Positions 45,851 to 55,570 of a DNA stretch of 64,000 nucleotides are shown in pieces (the stretch's first letter is position 1; each line of letters opens with the position of its first letter). The notes beneath the pieces are model-generated. The model saw only the letters and a program-made list of their open reading frames with translations, made no database searches and was not told the DNA's origin. A program made the translations under genes and the position numbers. This DNA comes from an uncultured Gammaproteobacteria bacterium (GTDB taxonomy: Bacteria; Patescibacteriota; Patescibacteriia; Patescibacteriales; Patescibacteriaceae): NCBI GenBank assembly GCA_964401905.1, contig CAYOAH010000001.1:45162-109161 (forward strand), written 5' to 3'.

Positions 45851-47063
45851 GCCCGCGATTCTGTAAAAGCTGTTGATAAATCGCCTCTATGGCTAAAAAA
45901 TGTTTTTCCCAGCTATATTCTTCAACTGATAGTTTCGCTTGCTGACTAAACTCAATCTGATTGGCTTGGCTAGCCAGTTCTAAGGCCACTAGCCAGGACT
46001 TACTATCGCCTGGTTCAGCTAGCCAGCCGTTAATTTGGTTATTGATAATTTCAGGGATACCGCCAATCCGGCTGGCCACCACCGGACAACCTCGGCCCAA
46101 AGCTTCCAAGATATTAAGCGGCATATTTTCATACCAAATTGAGGGCACAGCTAAGGCAATGGCCCCATCTAATAGTTTAGCCAATTGCTCACGGCCTTGC
46201 TGACCGAGAAAATCAACCTGCTCAGATAATTTTAAGTCTTTAGCTAGCTGGCGCAAAGCATTTTCTTGCGGCCCGCGGCCAGCAATCTTCAGCTTATAAT
46301 TGCTGCCAGCTAGCGCTTTGAGTAGAACATCAACTCCCTTCTCATTAGACAAGCGGCCAGCATATAAAAAGTAACCGGCTACTTGGCGTTGGCCAGCTGG
46401 CAATTCTGGTACCGGGTTAATTAAAGCCCGAAAACGATCCTGGGGCCAGCCAGCGGCCTGACATTTATCAGCCATAAATTGACTGGGAGCGATAAATAAA
46501 TCAACTCCTCGCTGATAGGTCTGCCAGCGTTTGTGTAAAACCGCCTCCAAACTAGCCAGAAAACTTTGCGACCGCGAATCTTTAAAGCATTTTTCTTGAA
46601 AACAATGCCAAAAATTACCATCCAGACATTTCTCGCAAACTTGACCATGATTGAGCAGCTGATAATTAGGACAAACCAGTTTATAATCATGCAGTGTCAT
46701 TACTACCGGCACTTTAGCCTCCCGAGCCGCATCTAAGACTGATGGCGATAATTGATGGTAAATATTATGGACATGGATAATATCCGGCTGAAAATCTTTA
46801 ATCAATTTGGCCAAACTTCTTTTGGCCGCCCGACTATAAATAATCCGTTCCGGGGCCCGTAGTTTATCTAAGAGAGCCGGCTGTTCAAAATCAATCCGGC
46901 TCAACCAATACCCCGACCAGGTATCATTCAGATTACGCCGGTCAGTCATGCAAAATTTAGCCACCTCGTGACCAGCCTGTGTTAACCTCTCGGACAATTC
47001 CAAAAAATATTTCTCGGCACCGCCGCGCAAATAATTGAATTTGTTAATCTGAATTATTTTCAT
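45843..47063 (-). CDS. GT4-family glycosyltransferase
   Basis: GGAEKYFLEL N-terminus and YENMPLNILEALGRGCPVVASRIGGIPE C-terminal motif. Confidence 0.85.
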   Translation of the reverse strand: MKIIQINKFNYLRGGAEKYFLELSERLTQAGHEVAKFCMTDRRNLNDTWSGYWLSRIDFEQPALLDKLRAPERIIYSRAAKRSLAKLIKDFQPDIIHVHNIYHQLSPSVLDAAREAKVPVVMTLHDYKLVCPNYQLLNHGQVCEKCLDGNFWHCFQEKCFKDSRSQSFLASLEAVLHKRWQTYQRGVDLFIAPSQFMADKCQAAGWPQDRFRALINPVPELPAGQRQVAGYFLYAGRLSNEKGVDVLLKALAGSNYKLKIAGRGPQENALRQLAKDLKLSEQVDFLGQQGREQLAKLLDGAIALAVPSIWYENMPLNILEALGRGCPVVASRIGGIPEIINNQINGWLAEPGDSKSWLVALELASQANQIEFSQQAKLSVEEYSWEKHFLAIEAIYQQLLQNRGHD

Positions 47064-47069
47064 AATTAT

Positions 47070-48203
47070 CTAATTAACAAGTTGGTGATAAAGTTGCTGG
47101 TAATTTTCTAGCATAGTGGCAAAACTAAATTTTTCTTCTACTGATTGCTTGAGCCGACTAGCCAGTTCCTCGGCTAATTGTGGCTGGCTGGTTAGTAATA
47201 TTATTTTATCGGCCAATTCTTTAGAATTACGCGGATCGAATAATAAGCCATTTTTTTGATCAGTAATTATTTCCTGATTACTCGAGATATTGGAAGCAAT
47301 GACTGGTAAGCCACTGGCTCCAGCTTCTAATAAGCAGACCGGCAAACCCTCCCAAAAAGATGGTAAGACAAAAATGTCCAGTTTCTTTAAGAATTCAGCC
47401 GTATTAGCTTGCCAGCCAATTAGCTTAACTTGCTTAGCAACTCCCAGCAAGTCAATCATTTTTTGTAAGCGCTGCTTATCTGGGCCAATTCCGGCGATAT
47501 TAATAATAAGGTTATCCGGTAAATATTGAGCGGCCGCAATTAAAGCCGGCCAATTTTTCTGCTGGCTCAATCGCCCCAGAGAACCGATTACAATTGGCTG
47601 ACTAACTCCCCTAACTGAATCACTGACTTTTTTATGATCAACGAATTTATCCAGCGGCACACCATTATAGATTATCTGACCCTGCTCTTTATCAACCCCT
47701 TCATATTTTTGAGCATATTCTAAAACGGTTTGCGAAACCGCCACCACTTTTTCCGCCAACGGAGCAGTCCAAGACTTTAGTTGGCGCTTTAAATAGCCCT
47801 CAGAAAAATTAATATTATGCTCAGTGCTGATAATGTGCCGAACACCAGCTAGACGACCAGCTAGACGACCATAGAAATCACCGCCGAATAAGTGAGTATG
47901 TAAAATATCTGGCCGATTGTTTTTTAACCAAATTGCTAAGCGCCAAACAGAGGTTGGATCTAATTTAATTTTCTTATTAAGCTGAACTAGTTCAACACCA
48001 GCGGCGGCCAATTCTTCACGCCAAATCGGTGTTGACGAACTTTTTAAACAAACCACGGTCACAGCGTATTGATCTTGGGGTAAATGAATAGCTAAATCAA
48101 CCACTAACCGTTCGGCTCCGCCGCCAAAAAGCCGCGGCAATAAATAAACAATCTTAATCTTCTGATTATTTAATTCGCTCATAATAATTTTGGTACTGCT
48201 CAA
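47070..48203 (-). CDS. GT4-family glycosyltransferase
   Basis: GGGAERLVVDL and WEGLPVCLLEAGASGLPVIASN. The start may instead be ATG 48182. Confidence 0.85.
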   Translation of the reverse strand: MSSTKIIMSELNNQKIKIVYLLPRLFGGGAERLVVDLAIHLPQDQYAVTVVCLKSSSTPIWREELAAAGVELVQLNKKIKLDPTSVWRLAIWLKNNRPDILHTHLFGGDFYGRLAGRLAGVRHIISTEHNINFSEGYLKRQLKSWTAPLAEKVVAVSQTVLEYAQKYEGVDKEQGQIIYNGVPLDKFVDHKKVSDSVRGVSQPIVIGSLGRLSQQKNWPALIAAAQYLPDNLIINIAGIGPDKQRLQKMIDLLGVAKQVKLIGWQANTAEFLKKLDIFVLPSFWEGLPVCLLEAGASGLPVIASNISSNQEIITDQKNGLLFDPRNSKELADKIILLTSQPQLAEELASRLKQSVEEKFSFATMLENYQQLYHQLVN

Positions 48204-49320
48204 CAGTCTTGATTATAGAAAAGTTCTCCTTAACGGTCTTCTGTAAATTTATGGCCCAGGTTAAGCGTTCGTCAGAGCTAGCCGCCGTAAGTACATCCGT
48301 CAAACCCTTGGTTAGCTGGTTGACGCTGCCAGCCTCTACCAAATAACCATTGTTTTGATGACTAACTATTTCCACAATACCATCAATTTGACTAGCGACC
48401 ACCGGCACGCCGGCGGCGCCAGCCTCTAAAATAACCAATCCCAAGCCCTCCCAGCGGGATGGAGCAACCAATAAATCTAGGCCAGCTAAAAATTTTGGCA
48501 CATCAGTTTGTAGGCCAACTAATTTTATTTGATTGCTTAAACCGAACTTAGTAATCAAGCTATTCAAATGACTAGCTTGAGGACCACTGCCGGCAATTGA
48601 ACACTGCCAATTTATTTCTTTGGGCAGCGCGGCTAAGGCTTTAATTAAAACGTCAAACCCCTTCTGTTTGGTTAGGCGACCGATAGCTCCCAGCCGCCAA
48701 ACTGGCTGAGACTGACTGGCTAAATGAGATCGGTCAATCGATTTAAAAAATTTATCTAAATCAACACCATTATAGATAACCTCAATCTTTTGTGGTGAAT
48801 AATGATAGCGCCTAATAATATCCTGTTTGACCGCCTGTGATACAGCAATTATTCCATCAACCGCCCAGCGGCTGATTATTTTGGCCAATCTAGTCCAGGC
48901 CGGCTCATCATAATCTAAATTATGCTCCACGCTAATAATTGTCGGCACGCCAGCTAGCCTAGCTATTGGCCGATAAACATCAGCAAATAACTGCGTCTGC
49001 ACAATATCCGGCCGATTTTTTCTTAAATATCGCCACAATCGCCAACCGATTACTATCAGCCGCCATAAACGACCGACTTGTTGTTTCGGTTTTTGGTCAC
49101 TAGCTAAAACTGCCACCTCAATGCCGGCTCGTTCTAGCTCAAGACGCCAGCTAGCCGAATCAGCAGAATCACCCTCTAGACAACACCATTGCGGCTGAAA
49201 ACGCCGGCGATCTAGGCGGCTAAAAATATCAATCATTAGGCGCTCGGCTCCGCCGATAAATAAATGCGGCGTCAAGCAAACTACCTTCAGGGGCTGATTA
49301 TTACTTTGCCTTTTTTTCAT
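48166..49320 (-). CDS. GT4-family glycosyltransferase
   Basis: IGGAERLMIDI and WEGLGLVILEAGAAGVPVVASQ. Paralogous to the downstream gene. Confidence 0.85.
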   Translation of the reverse strand: MKKRQSNNQPLKVVCLTPHLFIGGAERLMIDIFSRLDRRRFQPQWCCLEGDSADSASWRLELERAGIEVAVLASDQKPKQQVGRLWRLIVIGWRLWRYLRKNRPDIVQTQLFADVYRPIARLAGVPTIISVEHNLDYDEPAWTRLAKIISRWAVDGIIAVSQAVKQDIIRRYHYSPQKIEVIYNGVDLDKFFKSIDRSHLASQSQPVWRLGAIGRLTKQKGFDVLIKALAALPKEINWQCSIAGSGPQASHLNSLITKFGLSNQIKLVGLQTDVPKFLAGLDLLVAPSRWEGLGLVILEAGAAGVPVVASQIDGIVEIVSHQNNGYLVEAGSVNQLTKGLTDVLTAASSDERLTWAINLQKTVKENFSIIKTVEQYQNYYERIK

Positions 49321-50584
49321 AAGCTAGTAATCGGATAGCCGCTAAACTAATAGCCACTGGCAACCAAACCTTGCCCTTATAATAAGAAGTATTGAACAAT
49401 TGAAATAGCAAGCCACCAGCGGCTCCTAAAATCAAAGGTGTTAACCAAGACCGCGACTTGGGATTATTTAACCAAGCCCGCCACCAAATAGATATTAAAC
49501 CAATAAATAAAATAGCCAAAGCTATTAGGCCAATAATACCGTTCTCAGCCGCCACTTTTTGCAAGACCCCATGCGAGTCTATCGGGTCGCCGTATTTGGC
49601 CCGAAAACGCAAATTATCATCAACTAATTGCAAAAACTGGCCACTGCCCCAACCCAAAATTGGTTTTTGTTTTAATCTTTCCCAAGCAATTTGAGTCAGT
49701 AAAACACGATTCTCAGTTGAACTATAATTAGCGCTTTGCAGGCTGTCCATCTTTAACCACAAAGGAATAGCCAGAACAATCAAAAAAACTGAGGCAACTA
49801 GCCAGCCTATCCTTTGGCGACGATTGTTTAAAGAGAACCACCACAAAATTAATTGAACGGCCACAACTATCCAAGCAGCTCGAGAAAAAGTTAATAAAGT
49901 AACAATTGATGAAATAATAAAAACAATATCCAGAACCCGGCGTTGTCGATTATTAGCGCTAAGTCGTCCCCAGGCTAATAAGAAAAAATTGCTAATAACC
50001 AAAAATTCCGCTAGAAGATTATGATTACTACCCATCCACCAACGGCCAAAGATAGCCATGGGCTGAACTCTAAAAAAAGCATCTGTTAAATCCTGTAACT
50101 TTAAGGACAATAGGCCGACGACTGAGCTATAGGCGCCAGCAATAATCAAGCCAACGAAGGGCCAACGCCATTTCGGCCACGAGTCTAAAGCATTAAAAGG
50201 CACAGCTACATAAAAAACATAAGCAAAAACAATAACCCTAAGTGAATACTTAAGAGCCTCCAGCGGCCAAGGACTAAGAGCCGAGCTCAACAAAATAATT
50301 ACTAGAAAAATAACCGCTGGCCAACCAAAAGGCCAACGCCAAGCTCTAACTGACTGACCACTCAATTTGCTAAAAATACGACTAATAAAGTAAACAATTG
50401 CTGTCAACAAAATCAAAAAATCACTAATGTTGAACTCAAGGCCAGAAAGATAAAAACGCCAATCTAGCAGTGGCAAAGAAAAAGCCGTCAAAAATAGGCC
50501 AATCATAACTAATAATTGACCAATACTAACTGGCTGGCGACAAAAACCTGGTTTAGTGACTAAATTATTTGTCTGTTTAACCAT
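49301..50584 (-). CDS. O-antigen ligase/polymerase-like (Wzy/WaaL family) membrane protein
   Basis: About 10 hydrophobic segments, with a TFSRAAWIV motif typical of the O-antigen ligase family. Confidence 0.7.
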   Translation of the reverse strand: MVKQTNNLVTKPGFCRQPVSIGQLLVMIGLFLTAFSLPLLDWRFYLSGLEFNISDFLILLTAIVYFISRIFSKLSGQSVRAWRWPFGWPAVIFLVIILLSSALSPWPLEALKYSLRVIVFAYVFYVAVPFNALDSWPKWRWPFVGLIIAGAYSSVVGLLSLKLQDLTDAFFRVQPMAIFGRWWMGSNHNLLAEFLVISNFFLLAWGRLSANNRQRRVLDIVFIISSIVTLLTFSRAAWIVVAVQLILWWFSLNNRRQRIGWLVASVFLIVLAIPLWLKMDSLQSANYSSTENRVLLTQIAWERLKQKPILGWGSGQFLQLVDDNLRFRAKYGDPIDSHGVLQKVAAENGIIGLIALAILFIGLISIWWRAWLNNPKSRSWLTPLILGAAGGLLFQLFNTSYYKGKVWLPVAISLAAIRLLAYEKKAK

Positions 50585-50632
50585 AGCTCTAAAATGCCAT
50601 AAAATATGGATAAAGTCAAACTTTTGACCAAG

Positions 50633-50682
50633 AAAAAACCTGTCATCCCATCAAGCTCGAAAGCTTAACAGGACGACAGGTT
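50633..50682 (-). terminator. Compound hairpin terminator
   Basis: Outer arms AACCTGTC (50637-50644) and GACAGGTT (50675-50682), with an inner AAGCT/AGCTT stem. A T-run follows on the minus strand. Confidence 0.45.
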
Positions 50683-50687
50683 AATGT

Positions 50688-51701
50688 TTAGTCAGAGGTT
50701 TGTCGATTCAGGCGAACCTGAATCACCTCACCTCCTAATTGCCGCTGATAAGTATAAGTAGCGGCATCAAAAGTTAAAGCCCCGCGCTGATTAGCTGGCA
50801 GCTTTTTCAAACTGTTCAGCTTGGCCAGCATAGAATCAGGCACGGCTGTATTCTGGCTAAAGCAGAAATATGAATTGTCCAACAGCAAGCTGCTGTTGAA
50901 AGCCAAATCAATATTCCGGCCTTTACCCTGAAAAATCGTGCTAGGCAACTGCTCGCTTATAGCAATTGCCTCCTCCCAACACCAATCCTGGGTGGGGAAG
51001 TCTTCCAGAAAGCGACCGTCTATCTTGTCCTTAAAAAACAAAGACAAGTGGTTGCCCCAAATCTGGAAACGCTCACCCTTAGCCTCACGGATGCCGCTCA
51101 AAAATTGGCTAACCCCGCGATACCATTGAAAATCAATGGTCCGAGCGTCATCCACTTGACCGTCACGGTCTAGATCCAAATATCCTAACCACGACATCTT
51201 GTCAAACAAGTTGTCGAGGAAAAGGCCGTCCCACACTCTATCATTCAAAATATTCTCTAGGAGAACATCTTGAAGGTACTGATTGTAGGTATAGCCCTGG
51301 ATAACCGGACACAGGGCACTCAAATTGAGCGTTTGCATCCCCGGCCAGAAAGCAGCTGGCTGACCATCAGCTTTGACCAGTAGCCAGTCTGGGAATTGGC
51401 TGGTGATGGTCTGACTCAGCCTGGTGCCGAAAGGACGATATGGTGGGACTGGGCTCTGCCAAATTTCAAAGAAATTGACATAGGCCAAAATTTGGCAACC
51501 CGGATTAATTCGCTTGATTGCCCGGAGATTATCCGGGTTGTTAAACAAATTTTCCAAATCTATTATCGCCAGATCATGCCGGGCAATCACCCCGACTTCA
51601 ACCTCATTGATGGTTGGTTGAGTCCAGTAAATTGCCGAGCCGATAGCCGATAAACCGCCCACCAAAATTATGGCCGCAATGACCAAAAATATCTTCTTCA
51701 T
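50688..51701 (-). CDS. Membrane-anchored glycoside-hydrolase-like protein (paralogous in type to the N-domain of 43856..45850)
   Basis: The ATG at 51701 follows GGAGG. Shares ILAYVN..., FWPGMQTLN... and WDGLFLDN with the WDGLMFDT-type protein. Confidence 0.55.
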   Translation of the reverse strand: MKKIFLVIAAIILVGGLSAIGSAIYWTQPTINEVEVGVIARHDLAIIDLENLFNNPDNLRAIKRINPGCQILAYVNFFEIWQSPVPPYRPFGTRLSQTITSQFPDWLLVKADGQPAAFWPGMQTLNLSALCPVIQGYTYNQYLQDVLLENILNDRVWDGLFLDNLFDKMSWLGYLDLDRDGQVDDARTIDFQWYRGVSQFLSGIREAKGERFQIWGNHLSLFFKDKIDGRFLEDFPTQDWCWEEAIAISEQLPSTIFQGKGRNIDLAFNSSLLLDNSYFCFSQNTAVPDSMLAKLNSLKKLPANQRGALTFDAATYTYQRQLGGEVIQVRLNRQTSD

Positions 51702-51775
51702 TATTCCTCCATATAAAGAGAGGGAGAACGGTTTCCAGGCCATTCTCCCTCGAGTTGAAGTTGTTATTTCCGGAG

Positions 51776-52507
51776 TCAGAAGCGGTAGACGAAATAGTCG
51801 CCACTTCTGGTCATCAAACGACTACTCCACCCGCTTTTGTTGGAGCGGAGGGCCGGTCGAAAGTCGGACGGCATCGGTGTGCCCATTATTTGGGCGTACC
51901 AATTTCCGAAGGAGGTAATACTCATCTTGAGCATACTTCCGTCGAAAGATATTCCGTCGACTGAAGCACCTGGCGCCAACAACATGTTGGCTGACCGACC
52001 GGTAAAGTTGGGAACAACGTTGGGGATGGAATACCCTTCGTTGTTGATCAGCTCCCAGAATAAAAATTTCCTGGAAGTGTCGCTGTCCTTGTCCGGTTCG
52101 AGGTCGATGCAGAACAATAGATCCTGCGGACCGGGGTTGTTACTACCAGGGACTATAGTACCACTCTGCGGTGTAGTCCGCTGGGTTTGAGGTTGCTCGG
52201 TGGACTGGTTCGGGATGGAATAATAAGCCGGTTCAGCAGGTTGACGGCCAGCCGGGATTTCCCGAACCGTTTCGCGATAGATTATGGTGCGACGACCGGT
52301 GGGTGTCTTGTTATCACCACAATGCTCATTAATCTGAGCCGCCAAGGTATCCACCTTGGTTTCCACTAAACCGATCTTTTCCAGAATTTGAATGACCAAA
52401 TCTTTGGTCGTCGGCTTTTTGGTGATATCAACATTATAACAACCCTTAAACCATACCAACAAAACAATAATGGCGACGATAACGATAATAATATTTCTGG
52501 TTTTCAT
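51776..52507 (-). CDS. Membrane-anchored hypothetical protein with a P/Q-rich linker
   Basis: N-terminal TM segment IIIVIVAIIVLLVWF, a low-complexity linker and a C-terminal domain of about 115 aa ending FVYRF. Confidence 0.5.
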   Translation of the reverse strand: MKTRNIIIVIVAIIVLLVWFKGCYNVDITKKPTTKDLVIQILEKIGLVETKVDTLAAQINEHCGDNKTPTGRRTIIYRETVREIPAGRQPAEPAYYSIPNQSTEQPQTQRTTPQSGTIVPGSNNPGPQDLLFCIDLEPDKDSDTSRKFLFWELINNEGYSIPNVVPNFTGRSANMLLAPGASVDGISFDGSMLKMSITSFGNWYAQIMGTPMPSDFRPALRSNKSGWSSRLMTRSGDYFVYRF

Positions 52508-52520
52508 CTTTATCTCCTCT

Positions 52521-53534
52521 TTAGAAGCTCAACTGAGCTTCCACTTTTTCTTGTTTTTTTTCACCTACTTCCATTTCGTATAGGACTTTCGCCCAACCGA
52601 GTTGGAGATTAAAGCCATAAAACGCTCTGTCTTTTCCCGGGTTAGTCTCGCCATCAAGATGGCGGTAGCCAAGGTTCATGTTCAAAGAACCATTCCCCCA
52701 CTTATAAAGGGACTGCTCCAAAGAGCTTTCCCACTTGATGGGAGAATATGCTGCGACTGCCACATACTGGCCGTTATTGCCGCCGACGGCGTCGGCTGCA
52801 ATTAGGCCAGTGTACTCAGCCGAAACGCTGGTCTTAGTAAACCAAGATTCAGTGCCCTGATGGACACCAATCCATAGATTAGCTGACCACGTCTCATCCT
52901 CCTGGATCTTACTCCAAGCTCCATCACGGGAATCCGCATGGCGGAACCCATAATAAACCTTGGTAGACCAAGAGTTGAACCAATAACCCGGGCTATAAAA
53001 ATCCAGGACCGGCCCAACCTTGAACGACAAAGCAGTTTGCGACCAATTATTGCCATCGGTGAGCTGGCAAAAATCGTCGCCGATTTCTCCCCAAGCACCG
53101 ATGGAGACTTTAGACGACAGGTTCAACGGTTGCCATTTGGCATTGGCATACCGATAGTAGCCATCGGCGGCGTCATTCCAGAAGTATCCAGCCCCGCCTC
53201 CGGCCGAAGGTTCCTTGCTCAAAACAAAAGTCTGGCGGCTAATGTTGGAGCTGGACGAACCACCAACCAACGAATTTGGCAGCAATAAATTGCCACCACC
53301 CTCATTATTCGCGATGGTCCTGACTTGTTGGCTGGCGGACGGCAGCTCCAACACTTGACCAACCCAAATGATATAGGGTTGATCGATACTATTGATAGCG
53401 GCTAATTGCTCAACTGCCACCCCCTGAGACACGGCGATCCCTTCCAGGGTGTCGCCTTGTTTAACGGTGTAGGTCGCCCCGAAGAGGGCAACCCCGAGGA
53501 TGACGGCCACTATGGCCAAAAAAATCCTCTTCAT
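52521..53534 (-). CDS. Secreted LysM-domain protein with an aromatic-rich, beta-barrel-like C-terminal half
   Basis: The ATG at 53534 follows GGAG. Signal peptide. LysM: YTVKQGDTLEGIAVSQGVAVEQLAAINSI...VGQVLELP. The C-terminal 250 aa or so are rich in alternating aromatic residues and end in ...VEAQLSF. Confidence 0.6.
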   Translation of the reverse strand: MKRIFLAIVAVILGVALFGATYTVKQGDTLEGIAVSQGVAVEQLAAINSIDQPYIIWVGQVLELPSASQQVRTIANNEGGGNLLLPNSLVGGSSSSNISRQTFVLSKEPSAGGGAGYFWNDAADGYYRYANAKWQPLNLSSKVSIGAWGEIGDDFCQLTDGNNWSQTALSFKVGPVLDFYSPGYWFNSWSTKVYYGFRHADSRDGAWSKIQEDETWSANLWIGVHQGTESWFTKTSVSAEYTGLIAADAVGGNNGQYVAVAAYSPIKWESSLEQSLYKWGNGSLNMNLGYRHLDGETNPGKDRAFYGFNLQLGWAKVLYEMEVGEKKQEKVEAQLSF

Positions 53535-53654
53535 GATAGTCTCCTTCGCCCTCCTTGAGGGCATTTTATTTTTTATTCGGTTTTTAAGGTTCAGCCACCT
53601 CTAGAAATCTAGTTGCAGCTCTACAGCTGGCCAGCAACTGGCCGGCTGAAAAAC

Positions 53655-54521
53655 TTAACTAGCGAAAATATTATCAATATTGCCCCCACGAATCAATTGC
53701 TCAGTAATATCCTGACCATCATCAATATCTACTGTTTCCATAGCTAGTGGCTGGCTAACCACATTGCCAGTCTCAATCATCTGACTAATCGCTTGCGGCT
53801 TAAAATTGGTCGGGCTCGGCTCGGTTGTCGCTTCAACTGGCTGTTCAACTATATCATTAATAACTTCCGAGTTGGGCCAATCCATAGCTACTTCCGGCCA
53901 TTCCTCATTATCATGGTTGACACTAACGATATAGATTTGCGCTAAGCCGATAAATATTCCCAGAATAATAGCTAAACCAAAATTAAGCGGCAGGTTGGGC
54001 TTGGCCGGCCAATTGGAAACCAACGGTTCATCAATCACCTTCAAGGTCACTTTGTCGCCCAAACCGTGATAATAATTGTTTTTGGTAATCAAATTATAAT
54101 TAATGGCCCGCACCAATTTTTCAGCCTGCTGCTTGTCGGTATGATAAACCTTGACGCTGATAGCGCCAGAATCATTAATCGGTTTGACTTTAATAGTATT
54201 GCGCCAGTTAGTCATCCGTTTTTTAGCGGTATCACCGAAATAAGCGGTATCAATCTGATAGTCCGGTTTGACTGTCGCTTCAAAAAAGGAGCTGGAATAA
54301 GTCACCTGCGCCAACAAAGAACTCAAGTACTCATTGGTCCGGGAAATCTGATAAGGATCACTGGTCTGCTGATAATCGGGCACCACCAGCACTTGGCTTT
54401 CGGCTGAATATTTTAAAGGTTGCAAAAAACTGACTAGCATGGCCGCGGCTAATAGGCCGACTAACCACCACCAGATGATTGATTGCTTGTCTTTAATTGT
54501 TTGCCACCAGGAATAAGGCAT
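53655..54521 (-). CDS. Wzz/polysaccharide co-polymerase-like protein
   Basis: N-terminal TM segment plus LQPLKYSAESQVLV (Wzz-like), a second TM near residue 190, and an acidic tail. Confidence 0.55.
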   Translation of the reverse strand: MPYSWWQTIKDKQSIIWWWLVGLLAAAMLVSFLQPLKYSAESQVLVVPDYQQTSDPYQISRTNEYLSSLLAQVTYSSSFFEATVKPDYQIDTAYFGDTAKKRMTNWRNTIKVKPINDSGAISVKVYHTDKQQAEKLVRAINYNLITKNNYYHGLGDKVTLKVIDEPLVSNWPAKPNLPLNFGLAIILGIFIGLAQIYIVSVNHDNEEWPEVAMDWPNSEVINDIVEQPVEATTEPSPTNFKPQAISQMIETGNVVSQPLAMETVDIDDGQDITEQLIRGGNIDNIFAS

Positions 54522-54584
54522 TGGAAATCAATAAAAAATTAGTTGATTAACTAATTTAACATAGTTATCATTTTTTGTCAAGAG

Positions 54585-54615
54585 CAAAACGCCACCCCAA
54601 AGGAGTGGCGTTTTG
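54585..54615. terminator. Hairpin terminator after trxB
   Basis: CAAAACGCCAC (54585-54595), 9-nt loop, GTGGCGTTTTG (54605-54615). Confidence 0.6.
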
Positions 54616-54639
54616 GCAAAACTAAAAAATAACCTGGAG

Positions 54640-55569
54640 CTAATTCTTCTTTAAAAAACCAAAGATACTATCAGCGGCAATCGCCCCTTCTGAGCAGGCA
54701 GTGATAATTTGCCGCAAACCGTTAGAATTAATTGTCGTATCACCGGCCGCCCAAACCCCAGTCACAGTCGTGGCCTGTCCAGCGTCAACTATGGCATAGC
54801 CGCGATTATCAATTTGCCCGCCCAATTGCTGCAATAATCCAGTAGCCGGATCACTGCCAATTTCTATAAACAAACCGTCTATGCTCAATTGACTCGTCTG
54901 ACTATCCGAGCTATTCAACTCTACCCCGGTCAAACGATCATCACCTAGCAGCCTATTAATCTTAACGTTAGGATAGTGTTTAATGTTGGCGCGCTTGCCT
55001 ATTTCCTCCAGCCAGCTCGGCTCGGCTGATTTCGGACTATCGCCGGTATAAAACCAATAAACTTGCTGAGCAATGTCGGACAAATAAATAGCCGCGGTTG
55101 CCGCGCTATTGCCACCACCGAGCACACCAACAATTTTATCTTTGAAGAATGGCCCATCACAGGTGGCGCAATAGGCTAGCCCTTTGCCTAAATATTGCTG
55201 TTCATTATCCAGTCCCAAATGCCGACGCTTGGTGCCGGTAGCCAACAAGATGGACTTGGTTAGCAAAACCTGACTGTTAGCCAGTTTGACCGAAAAATTA
55301 GGATATTGTCCACTAATTTCTACCGCCTCACTGGCAATAAATTCAGCGCCCAGTTGACGAGCATTGCCCTCAATCTTTTGCGCCAAATCCCAACCATTAA
55401 TATTTGGTTCACTAGGAAAATTACAAATTTTATGAGCTTCGGTCATGGTGCCGCCGGGTAGGCTACCAAGCACGGCGTGCTTAATCTTGTAACGACTGGC
55501 ATAGATAGAAGCGGTTAAGCCGGCCGGTCCAGCTCCAACGATTAACAGCTCGTAGTTCTGGCCTTCCAT
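54640..55569 (-). CDS. trxB: Thioredoxin reductase
   Basis: GAGPAGLTA FAD motif, CATCDG redox centre and GGGNSA NADPH motif. Confidence 0.92.
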   Translation of the reverse strand: MEGQNYELLIVGAGPAGLTASIYASRYKIKHAVLGSLPGGTMTEAHKICNFPSEPNINGWDLAQKIEGNARQLGAEFIASEAVEISGQYPNFSVKLANSQVLLTKSILLATGTKRRHLGLDNEQQYLGKGLAYCATCDGPFFKDKIVGVLGGGNSAATAAIYLSDIAQQVYWFYTGDSPKSAEPSWLEEIGKRANIKHYPNVKINRLLGDDRLTGVELNSSDSQTSQLSIDGLFIEIGSDPATGLLQQLGGQIDNRGYAIVDAGQATTVTGVWAAGDTTINSNGLRQIITACSEGAIAADSIFGFLKKN

Positions 55570-55570
55570 A

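Noticed and set aside
51604-51964. Small ORFs (51604..51804, 51670..51918, 51755..51964) around the junction between the GHL-like gene and the TM-protein gene.
   Set aside because: They overlap the start of the GHL-like gene (ATG 51701, with a GGAGG Shine-Dalgarno) and the 3' end of 51776..52507. No independent signals are present.
51776-52507. The FVYRF C-terminus as evidence that this protein is itself an outer-membrane barrel.
   Set aside because: The folded C-terminal region is only about 115 aa after a TM anchor and a P/Q linker. That is too short for a transmembrane barrel, so it is noted only as context for the neighbouring LysM protein.
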